Positions 9,431 to 17,611 of a DNA stretch of 60,952 nt are shown piece after piece. The notes under the pieces are model-generated. The model was not told the DNA's origin. It searched no databases and was given only the letters and a program-made list of their open reading frames with translations. Within the stretch, counting starts at the first letter, position 1. Each line of letters opens with the position of its first letter. Both the position numbers and the translations under genes were made by a program. Origin of the DNA: Eubacteriales bacterium (GTDB lineage: Bacteria > Bacillota > Clostridia > Oscillospirales > CAG-272); the NCBI GenBank assembly GCA_045594705.1, contig JAZNZB010000040.1, forward strand, positions 1 through 60,952, read 5' to 3'.

Positions 9431-12148
9431 TTACTTGACCAGCGCGTCGTTGACAAAGACCAGTGCGCTGATGCCATCTACCGTAACAGTACCGCTGACC
9501 CTTTCGATCACGCTGCTGCCTGCCGCGGTGTCGTTTGCAACCAAATTCCACTCACCCTCGAGCGTGTAAGGCAGACCCGTGTTGTGAGGATTAAGCACGA
9601 CCAGTGCCATACCTCCCTTGCCATCGTCAAAGGTCAGGGCCACGATGCCGCTGCCCAGCTCATCCACCTTGGTGATCTCGGTTGCATTGTCGGTAAAGAT
9701 ATCAAAGCTCTTGCGCATTTCGATCAGGCCCTTGTAGTAAAGCATGGTCGCATATTCGCGGTTGTCTTCCTTCAATACGGACCAGTCGATGTTGTTGATC
9801 TCGTCCGAGGACTTGTAGCTGTTCTCATCCCCGTCCTTGGTACGCAGCATTTCCTCGCCCGCCTGCCAGAAGGGCGTGCCCTTGGAGATCAGATTGATCA
9901 GCGCGCCCAGGTTGTTCATGCGGTTGCGCTCATCGTCCGAATGGTTCGGGTTAGAGAGCAGTAATTTATCCCACAGCGTATTGTTGTCGTGCGCACTCAT
10001 ATAGTTGATGACCATGCTGTTCTCTACCGTCCAGCCAATGCCGACACCGCGGCCGCCCTTGATGCCAAACAGCACCTTATTCCAATTTGCCTTGGGTGAG
10101 CCGCTGATATAGCCCTGAGACTTGGCATCAAATACGCTGCCCTTGAGGCCGTCACGGATCGCGTCGTTGAACACGGCAATGCCGCCGATAGCGTCGCCCG
10201 TGGGAACAATCTGCGAAATATTGGTCTGGTTTGCCTGCGCAGAGCCATCAATGGTAGCACCCATGGTCCAGCCCTCGCCGTAGATAATGGCATGCGGGTT
10301 AACGGTATGCACCGCAGATTCCACGCTCTGCATGGTAGCAAGGTCATGCAGACCCATCAAGTCGAAGCGCAGGCCATCCAGGTTGTATTCCTCAACCCAG
10401 TAAGCCGTGGACTCGGTCATGAATTTTCCGTACATATAACGCTCGGACGCGGTATCGTTGCCGCAGCCGCTGGCCGAGGAGTTTGCACCGGTGTTGGTGT
10501 ATCTGTAATAGTAATACGGAACGATCCTGTTAAACGAGCTGTTTGCATCATAGGTATGATTATAGACCACGTCCATGATCACGCCGATGCCTGCCGCGTG
10601 CAACGCCTGCACCATCTGCTTGAATTCGCGGATTCTCACCTCACCGTGATAAGGGTCGGTGGAATAGCTGCCCTCGGGCACGTTATAATTCTTGGGATCG
10701 TAGCCCCAGTTGAATTCTGCATCGGGATCAGACTCGTCCACAGTCGCATAGTCGTATACGGGCAGCAGATGCACGTGGGTAATGCCCAACTGTACCAGAT
10801 AGTCCACACCCACGCTCTGACCGTGCTCGTTGACTAAGCCCCGCTCGGTAAAGGCAAGGTACTTGCCCGGATACTGCGAGGACTCGATCTTATTCGAGAA
10901 GTCACGCACGTGCACCTCCCAGATGATCGCATCATTATAAGAGTCGATGGGATTTTCCAACACGTCATTCTCCCAACCCTCGGGGTCGGTCAGAGAGAGA
11001 TCGACCACCATGGAGCGGTTGCCGTTGACGCCCGCCGCCTTGGCGTAGGGGTCGGTTGCCACCTGTGTGCCAACAGAGGTAGTGACGGTATAGGTGTAGT
11101 ACGTGCCATGGCCGCAGGCCTCGGTATGTGACCAGACACCCTTATCGCCGCGCACCATCTCAACCGATTTGATCAAAGAATCGGTGTGCCCGTCGGCATA
11201 CAGATCCAGCACCACCTTGGAGGCGGTAGGTGCCCAAACCTTGAAGGAGGTATTGTCACCGTTGATCACGGGGCCCAGGTCGTCCCCGTCGTAATGATAA
11301 TTGTCCGCGAAATATTGGCTGTCAAAAATCAGCGTGGGCACAATGGGCTGCGTGCCGTAACCCTCAATATACATGGAATAATTCTTGGAAAGGTCGAGTG
11401 CTTCCTCTACCTCCACGTAGCCGGTAGCGGCTGCTATGCCCATGGTAGAGACGTTGACGACCTTCAGTTCGCGGTCGCCCTCGTATATCTTGACCTGGCT
11501 GTTATCCTTGATGGTGACCCGGGGAGTGACGCGATACTGGATCTTGCGCTCGTCCACCATAGCCGCCAGAGAAAAGTCCTTGATCATTTCGAGTGTTTTT
11601 CCTCCGTCATCGCTCTTGTATTGCTCGGCTTCACCGGGCTTTAAGTAAATCACGGTCTGCTTGCCCGTAATCACGGCAAATCTGTCAGACTCATAATCCT
11701 TGGTTGCACTGCCCCAGGAAGAGCCGCCGGGCTCGGAGCAATCCTTTCTGACGATAAAGCCGACCTCGGTCACGTCCTCGGGCACGTTGACAGCCACCTT
11801 GCCGCCGTACGCGCACTCGTGGAACACGTATCCCTTGCCTGCCACGTCGCCCCACCAGATCCACATATCGCACTTTTCATAAGTGCCGTTGTAGGTCCAG
11901 TAGAACACGACCTGATTGTACCCTTCCTCCAAGGGAAGCTCGTATTCCTCTCCCGTAAATCCCGGGCTCTGTTGCGTTTCGGATTCGGATTGCGTTGTGC
12001 TCGGTGCGCCCGTTTCAATCGGATCCGTGGTTTCGATTTCGGGCGACGGGGTGTCAAAACTGAAGCCGGGCAGACAACATGCAGCAAGCGCGCCGCAAAG
12101 TATTGCAAGGATCAGAAATGCCGTCACCGCTCTGGTTGTGTGTTTCAT
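9431..12148 (-). CDS. pulA: type I pullulanase (GH13) lipoprotein with an N-terminal CBM41-like domain
   Basis: 'FNWGYDP', 'DVVYNHT', 'DGLRFDLMG', 'YGEGW', 'AHDNNTLWD'; lipobox LAAC; AGGAG RBS before ATG 12148. Confidence 0.94.
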   Translation of the reverse strand: MKHTTRAVTAFLILAILCGALAACCLPGFSFDTPSPEIETTDPIETGAPSTTQSESETQQSPGFTGEEYELPLEEGYNQVVFYWTYNGTYEKCDMWIWWGDVAGKGYVFHECAYGGKVAVNVPEDVTEVGFIVRKDCSEPGGSSWGSATKDYESDRFAVITGKQTVIYLKPGEAEQYKSDDGGKTLEMIKDFSLAAMVDERKIQYRVTPRVTIKDNSQVKIYEGDRELKVVNVSTMGIAAATGYVEVEEALDLSKNYSMYIEGYGTQPIVPTLIFDSQYFADNYHYDGDDLGPVINGDNTSFKVWAPTASKVVLDLYADGHTDSLIKSVEMVRGDKGVWSHTEACGHGTYYTYTVTTSVGTQVATDPYAKAAGVNGNRSMVVDLSLTDPEGWENDVLENPIDSYNDAIIWEVHVRDFSNKIESSQYPGKYLAFTERGLVNEHGQSVGVDYLVQLGITHVHLLPVYDYATVDESDPDAEFNWGYDPKNYNVPEGSYSTDPYHGEVRIREFKQMVQALHAAGIGVIMDVVYNHTYDANSSFNRIVPYYYYRYTNTGANSSASGCGNDTASERYMYGKFMTESTAYWVEEYNLDGLRFDLMGLHDLATMQSVESAVHTVNPHAIIYGEGWTMGATIDGSAQANQTNISQIVPTGDAIGGIAVFNDAIRDGLKGSVFDAKSQGYISGSPKANWNKVLFGIKGGRGVGIGWTVENSMVINYMSAHDNNTLWDKLLLSNPNHSDDERNRMNNLGALINLISKGTPFWQAGEEMLRTKDGDENSYKSSDEINNIDWSVLKEDNREYATMLYYKGLIEMRKSFDIFTDNATEITKVDELGSGIVALTFDDGKGGMALVVLNPHNTGLPYTLEGEWNLVANDTAAGSSVIERVSGTVTVDGISALVFVNDALVK

Positions 12149-12200
12149 GTAAAGTCTCCTTTTCATTATTATCATGGGGGCTTTGTTTTATACTACCGAC

Positions 12201-12229
12201 ATTATAGCATAAACCCATGACAAAAACAA
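12201..12229 (-). promoter_or_regulatory. sigma-A promoter for the pulA-ganB-amylase operon
   Basis: TTGTTT-17bp-TATAAT with an extended TG on the minus strand. Confidence 0.55.
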
Positions 12230-12324
12230 GTGTGTTTTTTATCAAAGATACACGCCTTTGTCGTTCTGTCCGTTTTGTACATACGAATCTTGACAAAAAT
12301 GCGCAAACAGAGGCCTTGACGTTA

Positions 12325-12353
12325 TTGACATTGTCGGATTATGGTGATATAAT
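12325..12353 (+). promoter_or_regulatory. consensus sigma-A promoter
   Basis: TTGACA-17bp-TATAAT exact, with TG extension. Confidence 0.8.
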
Positions 12354-12403
12354 AAATGGTAATATTTTGCAAACTACTCTTTTGCTTTGAAAGGAGCTTT
12401 GAT

Positions 12404-13330
12404 ATGCAAGACCCATACGGTTATTCTTCCGGTAGCACCTCACACTCCCCGGAGGATGACGCTTACAGAAACGAACAATACGACGTAGAGCTTTTGAAAA
12501 GCTACAAGGAGCTTTTGGATTGCGGCATTATCACACAGGACGAATTTGACGCCAAGAAAAAAGAGATTCTGAACAAGAATCGACAAAGCGCGCAAACGCC
12601 GCCTCCCGCACCCAAGTCCGAGCCTGCGACGCAAGCATGGCAGTCCCAGCAATACGACGAGCTGTTTCGCCAGCCCGTAAAGGCAACGCCCTCCCCTGCT
12701 TATGAGCCGGAATACGTGCCGCCCCGCATCTGCGACAAGTGCGGCAAGATCATTCCCGACGGCGAGGACTCCTGCCCCCTCTGCGCCATTCGCGAAAACG
12801 CTGCAGAGGCCTCCAAGATGCCCAAATTCAGAGGCATGAAATGGAACAAATTTCTGTGCGTGCTGCTTTTACTGTCCGGCATTTACTATATCTTCAACGC
12901 TATCGGCTCTTTGCTGATTCTGAGCTCGGCCTGCACACCCGAACTTGCCGAGAGTGACCTCTTTGGCTATACCGGATTTGTGGGTCTTGTGTTCTCCGCG
13001 GTTATGATCGCACTGTCCTTTGTCACCAGAAGCGCGCTGGAATGGAACAAGAAAAAAGGTCCGCGCCTTCTGTTTGCCTGGCTGAACATGGATCTGATCA
13101 CGGTAGGCGCAGTTCTTGCGGTCTACGTCTTCTTCAACCTTGAGGACTCGATCGATTTCGTGCTCGACATGCTGCTGGATATTCCGTGGGTGATCGATAA
13201 GATCGTTACTTATTCCGAGATCAGCATCCCCGTTGCCATCGCGCTGGCGATCTACGTTGCGATCAAGCTGCTGATCAATGTTCCCCACGCCATCTATTAT
13301 CGCCACAGAAAGCACATTTTCGTATATTAA
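12404..13330 (+). CDS. membrane protein with an N-terminal SHOCT domain and zinc ribbon
   Basis: 'LKSYKELLDCGIITQDEFDAKKKEIL' (SHOCT), CxxC-x9-CxxC, four C-terminal TM helices; AAGGAG RBS before ATG 12404. Confidence 0.8.
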   Translation: MQDPYGYSSGSTSHSPEDDAYRNEQYDVELLKSYKELLDCGIITQDEFDAKKKEILNKNRQSAQTPPPAPKSEPATQAWQSQQYDELFRQPVKATPSPAYEPEYVPPRICDKCGKIIPDGEDSCPLCAIRENAAEASKMPKFRGMKWNKFLCVLLLLSGIYYIFNAIGSLLILSSACTPELAESDLFGYTGFVGLVFSAVMIALSFVTRSALEWNKKKGPRLLFAWLNMDLITVGAVLAVYVFFNLEDSIDFVLDMLLDIPWVIDKIVTYSEISIPVAIALAIYVAIKLLINVPHAIYYRHRKHIFVY

Positions 13331-13344
13331 TCGCATAAATACAT

Positions 13345-13410
13345 TCATAAAGAAAGAGACCGTGCAGATGCACGGGCTCTGATGCTTGCATATAAAGAGA
13401 CACCACAACA
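13345..13410 (-). ncRNA. candidate small RNA of about 60 nt
   Basis: Bounded by a minus-strand promoter (13416-13444) and a hairpin with U-rich tail (13345-13380); no RBS-supported ORF. Confidence 0.45.
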
Positions 13411-13415
13411 TTTTC

Positions 13416-13444
13416 ATTATATCACACTCGTTTTGGTTTGTAAA
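13416..13444 (-). promoter_or_regulatory. sigma-A promoter (leftward)
   Basis: TTTACA-17bp-TATAAT with an extended TG. Confidence 0.65.
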
Positions 13445-13529
13445 TAGGTTTTTTCAAGAAAAATAGCACTTGTCACAACTTTCTACCCTTTCAACAAAAT
13501 TTTCTTGTTAACTTTGTGCGCTCTGTGTA

Positions 13530-13558
13530 TTGCAAAACCCCAAAAAGTATGCTACAAT
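13530..13558 (+). promoter_or_regulatory. sigma-A promoter (rightward)
   Basis: TTGCAA-17bp-TACAAT with an extended TG. Confidence 0.7.
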
Positions 13559-13564
13559 ATAGTC

Positions 13565-13951
13565 ACAGGAAAGGAAGGTACACGCCAATGAAGAATTAAG
13601 CGCGGACCCCTTGCAAAGGCAACGAGAGAGAAAATCGTCCGGACAAAAACAAACAAAGGCCCAGGATGCCTATATATCTATGATCAGCATGCATCACGAT
13701 CATAAAACTGTAAGTCCTTTGCAATGAGTCATACGACCTTCGCCCTTTGGAGCAATCGATTCACAACACAAATAATGGTGTTCTCCGTAGAGAATTAGAA
13801 GTAATGTGAGTTTGGGAACGTGAAGGATGGGCAACAAAGAGGTAGATTAAGAAAGAGAGGATAAAGAAAATGATGTTAGATACCAAGAACGATGAGAAGT
13901 GACCCTTGATTTCGGATTTACGCCCCGAGGTCAAGGGTCACTTCTCTTTTT
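13565..13951 (+). ncRNA. candidate structured RNA of about 385 nt, family unknown
   Basis: Own promoter, strong terminator, several nested helices, only mini-ORFs of 24 codons or fewer. Confidence 0.55.
13894..13951 (+). terminator. strong intrinsic terminator
   Basis: 16-bp perfect stem GAGAAGTGACCCTTGA/TCAAGGGTCACTTCTC followed by TTTTT. Confidence 0.8.
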
Positions 13952-14040
13952 GTCGGAAATTTCATCTCGCGCACTCCGGGAGCTCTCGGGGCTTTTTTGT
14001 TTTTTTACGCCATGATCTCTTGACAAGATTCTGAACACGA

Positions 14041-14085
14041 AATAAAAGCAGCCGCCGAGGAAAAAACTCGGCGGGTTTTTTGTTT
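14041..14085. terminator. bidirectional terminator downstream of the collagen-like pseudogene
   Basis: CCGCCGAG/CTCGGCGG stem flanked by A-rich and T-rich tracts. Confidence 0.7.
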
Positions 14086-14103
14086 GCCTGCGTTTTTTAC
14101 AGG

Positions 14104-14323
14104 TCAAGCAAGCTGCGTGATGACAAGATGCGCGGACACAGGGCGCGTGCCGCCTGCAACGGGCGTGACAGTCAGTGCCGCAGCGTTGCTTGCGGGATTG
14201 CGGACAGTCATCACTCTCGTCATAGCAGCCTCTCTGATCGTTGCAGCCGCATTGATCCTCGCCTTGCTCATTGCCGCGGTAGCGATCACGATCGTTTCGC
14301 ATATACGGATTTTGTCTGCTCAT
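14104..14323 (-). pseudogene. internally deleted, frameshifted spore collagen-like (exosporium-type) protein gene
   Basis: AAGGAGG RBS and ATG give a Cys/acidic leader (MSRQNPY...GCYDESDDCP). A different frame from about 14210 encodes TVRNPASNAAALTVTPVAGGTRPVSAHLVITQLA*, which resembles the C-terminus of clostridial collagen-like proteins. The stop lies just before a terminator. Confidence 0.6.
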
Positions 14324-14444
14324 ATAGTTACCTCCTTTGCAGAATTGGTAAAGTCACCACTGTCAGTATGTGTCACATTTTGTCGGGCAGATACTGTACG
14401 CGTACTCTGCCCTTTCCGTTATTTCGGAGATTTGCCATCACCGC

Positions 14445-14493
14445 TTGACATCCGACAAAAAACGGAGTACAATATAATATGAACAAGTTCATA
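14445..14493 (+). promoter_or_regulatory. sigma-A promoter with a palindromic operator (probably bound by TetR)
   Basis: TTGACA-17bp-TACAAT (14445-14473), then TATGAAC-AA-GTTCATA (14478-14493) at the predicted transcription start. Confidence 0.7.
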
Positions 14494-14510
14494 AAAGCAG
14501 AGGTTCTGAT

Positions 14511-15278
14511 TTGAAACATCCAAAACAAAAAATACTTGCGATCACCGCAGCTGCGATTTCGGTGCTTTTGGCACTTTGCATCGGCGGATGTGCGTGGTAC
14601 GTTTGCGACTATTACCACGCCGACGCGGCGGCCATTGAGGCCTTTGCCGCCACGTGCGAGGTACAAAAAACCGTTCTGTCCGAGCAAATGATCGCTTATG
14701 GCGACGCAGATGCGGACGCAGGGCTGATCTTTTACCCGGGAGGCAAGGTGGAATACACGGCTTACGAGCCCTTGATGCGCGCACTGGCGGCCGAGGGCAT
14801 GCTATGCGTGCTTGTCAAGATGCCCTTCAACCTTGCCGTGCTTGACGTCAATGCCGCCGACGGCGTCCGTGAGCTTTATCCCGAGGTTGCGCATTGGTAC
14901 GTCGGTGGGCATTCGCTGGGCGGCTCAATGGCTGCCTCTTACGCAGCAGAGCACCAAGAAGCATTTGACGGCCTTATCTTGCTGGGCTCTTACTCGACCG
15001 CCGACCTGTCAAGCACCGATCTTTCTGCGCTCTCGCTCTATGGCAGCGAGGACAGGGTCATGAACCGCGAAAAATACGACCAATACAAGAACAATCTGCC
15101 CCGCGATCTGACCGAGATCGAGATCATGGGCGGCTGCCACGCCTACTTTGGTATGTACGGCGAGCAGGACGGCGACGGAATTCCCACCATGGATGCACAA
15201 GAGCAGATCAGATTGACTGCAACCTACATCCAAAAATTCATCGACAAAGGAGAAACGCCCGATGCCGAAAATCATTGA
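14511..15278 (+). CDS. membrane-anchored alpha/beta hydrolase (carboxylesterase-like)
   Basis: N-terminal TM, 'FYPGGKV', nucleophile 'GGHSLGG', Asp 'GSED', His 'GGCHAYFG'; TTG start behind GAGG. Confidence 0.9.
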   Translation: MKHPKQKILAITAAAISVLLALCIGGCAWYVCDYYHADAAAIEAFAATCEVQKTVLSEQMIAYGDADADAGLIFYPGGKVEYTAYEPLMRALAAEGMLCVLVKMPFNLAVLDVNAADGVRELYPEVAHWYVGGHSLGGSMAASYAAEHQEAFDGLILLGSYSTADLSSTDLSALSLYGSEDRVMNREKYDQYKNNLPRDLTEIEIMGGCHAYFGMYGEQDGDGIPTMDAQEQIRLTATYIQKFIDKGETPDAENH

Positions 15279-15768
15279 AAACGTGCGCGAGCAGCTACTT
15301 GCCGAGGCCAAAAAGCAAATACTGGAGCGCGGATATGCCGCCACCACCATCCGCTCGGTTGCGGGGGCTTGTGACCTTGGCGTGGGTACGGTGTATAACT
15401 ACTTTTCTTCCAAGGAAATGCTGATCGCCACCGCGGTCTTCGAGGACTGGAAGCGACACCTTTCCGACATGCACGCGCTCCCCATCGATCCCCCCCGCAC
15501 GCTGCTGGAAGGCATTTACCATTCCCTGCAGCGCTTTGCAAAGGAGCATCAGGTGCTTTTTTCGGACGCGGATGCCGCAAAGCTTGTATCCGTCGGCTCA
15601 TCGGGTCGCCACAAAATGCTGCGCGAGCAGATCGCAGAGCTGGTGCGCCCCGTTTGTGATGACGACTTTTGCGCGCAATTCGTGGCCGAGTCGCTGATCT
15701 GCTGGTCTATGGAGCACGCGGATTTTGATACCGTGTTCCCGCTACTTGAAAAAATTATAAAAAAATAA
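15262..15768 (+). CDS. TetR/AcrR family transcriptional regulator
   Basis: 'GYAATTIRSVAGACDLGVGTVYNYFSSKEML' HTH. Confidence 0.93.
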   Translation: MPKIIENVREQLLAEAKKQILERGYAATTIRSVAGACDLGVGTVYNYFSSKEMLIATAVFEDWKRHLSDMHALPIDPPRTLLEGIYHSLQRFAKEHQVLFSDADAAKLVSVGSSGRHKMLREQIAELVRPVCDDDFCAQFVAESLICWSMEHADFDTVFPLLEKIIKK

Positions 15769-15792
15769 CATATCAAAAGGAGAAATCAAAAC

Positions 15793-16719
15793 ATGAGCAG
15801 CTTTGAAAATCTTCGCATCGTGGACAACTTCTATCAGACCTCTCTGTTTTTCCCGATGCCCACCGTCATTATCAGCACGCTTTGCGAGGATGGCTCCACC
15901 ACCTTGGGTCCTTACTCTCTGGTGCAGCCCTACTACGTGGCAGGCAAGGACTATTACGCCATGCTGTTGTGCTGCCGTAACTCCTCCAACACCGCGCAAA
16001 ACATCCTGCGCAACGGCAAATGCACGCTGAACTTTATTGACGACAAGCCCTCTACCTTCAAGGAGGCAGTCAAGCTTTCCTGGCCGGGCGACAAGCCCGA
16101 GGAAAAGATGCCCAAATGCAACTTCAAGCTGGAAAAATCCATGCTGGAGGAAGAGAGCGGTGAAGCAAGGCCCATGGTGCTGACCGATGCCATCCAAGCC
16201 ATCGAATGCACCTGGATGCGCGAGCTGGACGGTGCGGACAAGGATCTGCCCGGTGAGCTCAACGGCTATGAGGGCCCTTATCACGATTTCAACGGCATTA
16301 CCTCCAAATTCGGCGCACACTTCATTTTGCGCGTGGACAAGATCCTGATGAAGAAAAAGTACCGTGACGCCATCATCAACGGCGTCAAGGCCAAGGACTT
16401 CCCCGCCCTGCCCGTGGACTACGGCTACCGCGACTCCAAGAATTTCTGGTTCCACCGCAAGACGCGCATGAGAGCAGAGCTGCTCCAGATGCGCCAGGCG
16501 TCCTTGGCAAGCGTGCGCTACGCTGCCGATCGCGCTGACGACAAGATCAAGTTCACCGACGAGGCACTGCAGACCATTCTGGGCGTACCGCGCGTATTCT
16601 TGCCGCTGGTGCTCAAGGGCTGCGTGGATTGGGCGCGCGAGAACGGCGTTGAGCTGATCACCGCCGAGCACATGAAGATCATCAACGACAAGCGTGCCAA
16701 GGAAAAGAATAAAAAATAA
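15793..16719 (+). CDS. flavin reductase-like FMN-binding split-barrel protein with a C-terminal PCP_red-like domain
   Basis: 'PMPTVIIST..EDG...LGPYS', 'SNTAQNILRNG..TLNF', 'AIEC'; tail 'FTDEALQTILGVP...WARENGVELITAEHM'. Confidence 0.75.
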   Translation: MSSFENLRIVDNFYQTSLFFPMPTVIISTLCEDGSTTLGPYSLVQPYYVAGKDYYAMLLCCRNSSNTAQNILRNGKCTLNFIDDKPSTFKEAVKLSWPGDKPEEKMPKCNFKLEKSMLEEESGEARPMVLTDAIQAIECTWMRELDGADKDLPGELNGYEGPYHDFNGITSKFGAHFILRVDKILMKKKYRDAIINGVKAKDFPALPVDYGYRDSKNFWFHRKTRMRAELLQMRQASLASVRYAADRADDKIKFTDEALQTILGVPRVFLPLVLKGCVDWARENGVELITAEHMKIINDKRAKEKNKK

Positions 16720-16743
16720 GCTTATACAAAAGGAGACATTATC

Positions 16744-17610
16744 ATGAAAGTAGTACTTGCCGGTGCTTTTGGTAATCTGGGCGCTGAAATTCTCAAATGC
16801 CTGTGCGCGGACGGTCACGAGGTCGTGGCTGCCGATCTGCGCGAGACGGCTGTTGTGGGCTGCGAAGGAAAATACACCTTCAAGGCAATCGACGCAACCA
16901 ATCCCGAAACACTCAAGGGTCTTTGCGACGGTGCGGATGCAGTCATCACCACCGTGGGCCTGACCGGTGCCTCCACCAAGGTCACCTCTTACGACATCGA
17001 CTACCACGGAAACATGAACCTCTACGCCGAGGCAAAGGCCGCAGGCGTTAAGAAATTCAACTATATCTCGGTTATTTCCTGCGACGAGCCGGGCGCAGAC
17101 AAGGTGCCCATGCTGCATGCCAAATACCTTGTTGAACAAGAGATCAAGAAGCAGGAGATGGACTGGGTCATCTACCGTCCCACCGGCTACTTCTACGATA
17201 TCTGCAAGGTATTCAAGCCCTACGTGGACAAGGGCGAGATGCAGCTGCTCAAGGGATACGGCGGCGTCAAGGCGAACGTGATCGACTGCCCCGACTTTGC
17301 GCGCTTTATCGTGGATCACATGAACGACAAAAACGTCTCTTACGACATTGGCGGCAAGGAGACCTATACTTACGAGCAAATGGCAAAGATGTGCTTTGAC
17401 GCAGCAGGCAAGGAGCTCAAAATCAAGTGGGCACCCATCTGGCTGTTCGGCATTCTTGCAAACCTGCCCAAGATCAAAAAGGCGGGCAAGCATGACATCA
17501 TCCTGTTCTCCAAGTGGACGCTCTCTCACGATCTCGTAGGCGACACCATTGTCGGTGACAAGAGCTTTGCCGAATACATCAAGTCTTATTTCGGAAAGGA
17601 GAAGAACTGA
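16744..17610 (+). CDS. atypical NAD(P)-dependent SDR (NmrA-like; subgroup that includes 8-vinyl reductase BciA)
   Basis: GAFGNLG Rossmann motif, 'SYDIDYHGNMNL', 'AGVKKFNYIS', 'HAK', 'RPTGYF', 'DIGG'. Confidence 0.85.
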   Translation: MKVVLAGAFGNLGAEILKCLCADGHEVVAADLRETAVVGCEGKYTFKAIDATNPETLKGLCDGADAVITTVGLTGASTKVTSYDIDYHGNMNLYAEAKAAGVKKFNYISVISCDEPGADKVPMLHAKYLVEQEIKKQEMDWVIYRPTGYFYDICKVFKPYVDKGEMQLLKGYGGVKANVIDCPDFARFIVDHMNDKNVSYDIGGKETYTYEQMAKMCFDAAGKELKIKWAPIWLFGILANLPKIKKAGKHDIILFSKWTLSHDLVGDTIVGDKSFAEYIKSYFGKEKN

Positions 17611-17611
17611 T

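Noticed and set aside
12869-13417. 182-aa minus-strand ORF starting at the leftward promoter
   Set aside because: Its ATG overlaps the -10 box, so it would not be in the transcript; it also crosses a terminator and is antisense to a real gene
13565-13951. Identification as tmRNA, RNase P, SRP, 6S or T-box
   Set aside because: It lacks tRNA-like ends, the GAGGAAAGUCC motif, the SRP loop, a single long rod and the T-box consensus
13931-14323. 130-aa Cys-rich 'metallothionein-like' ORF in the track
   Set aside because: It reads through terminator-like hairpins, and its second half is better explained as the out-of-frame reading of a collagen-like protein C-terminus
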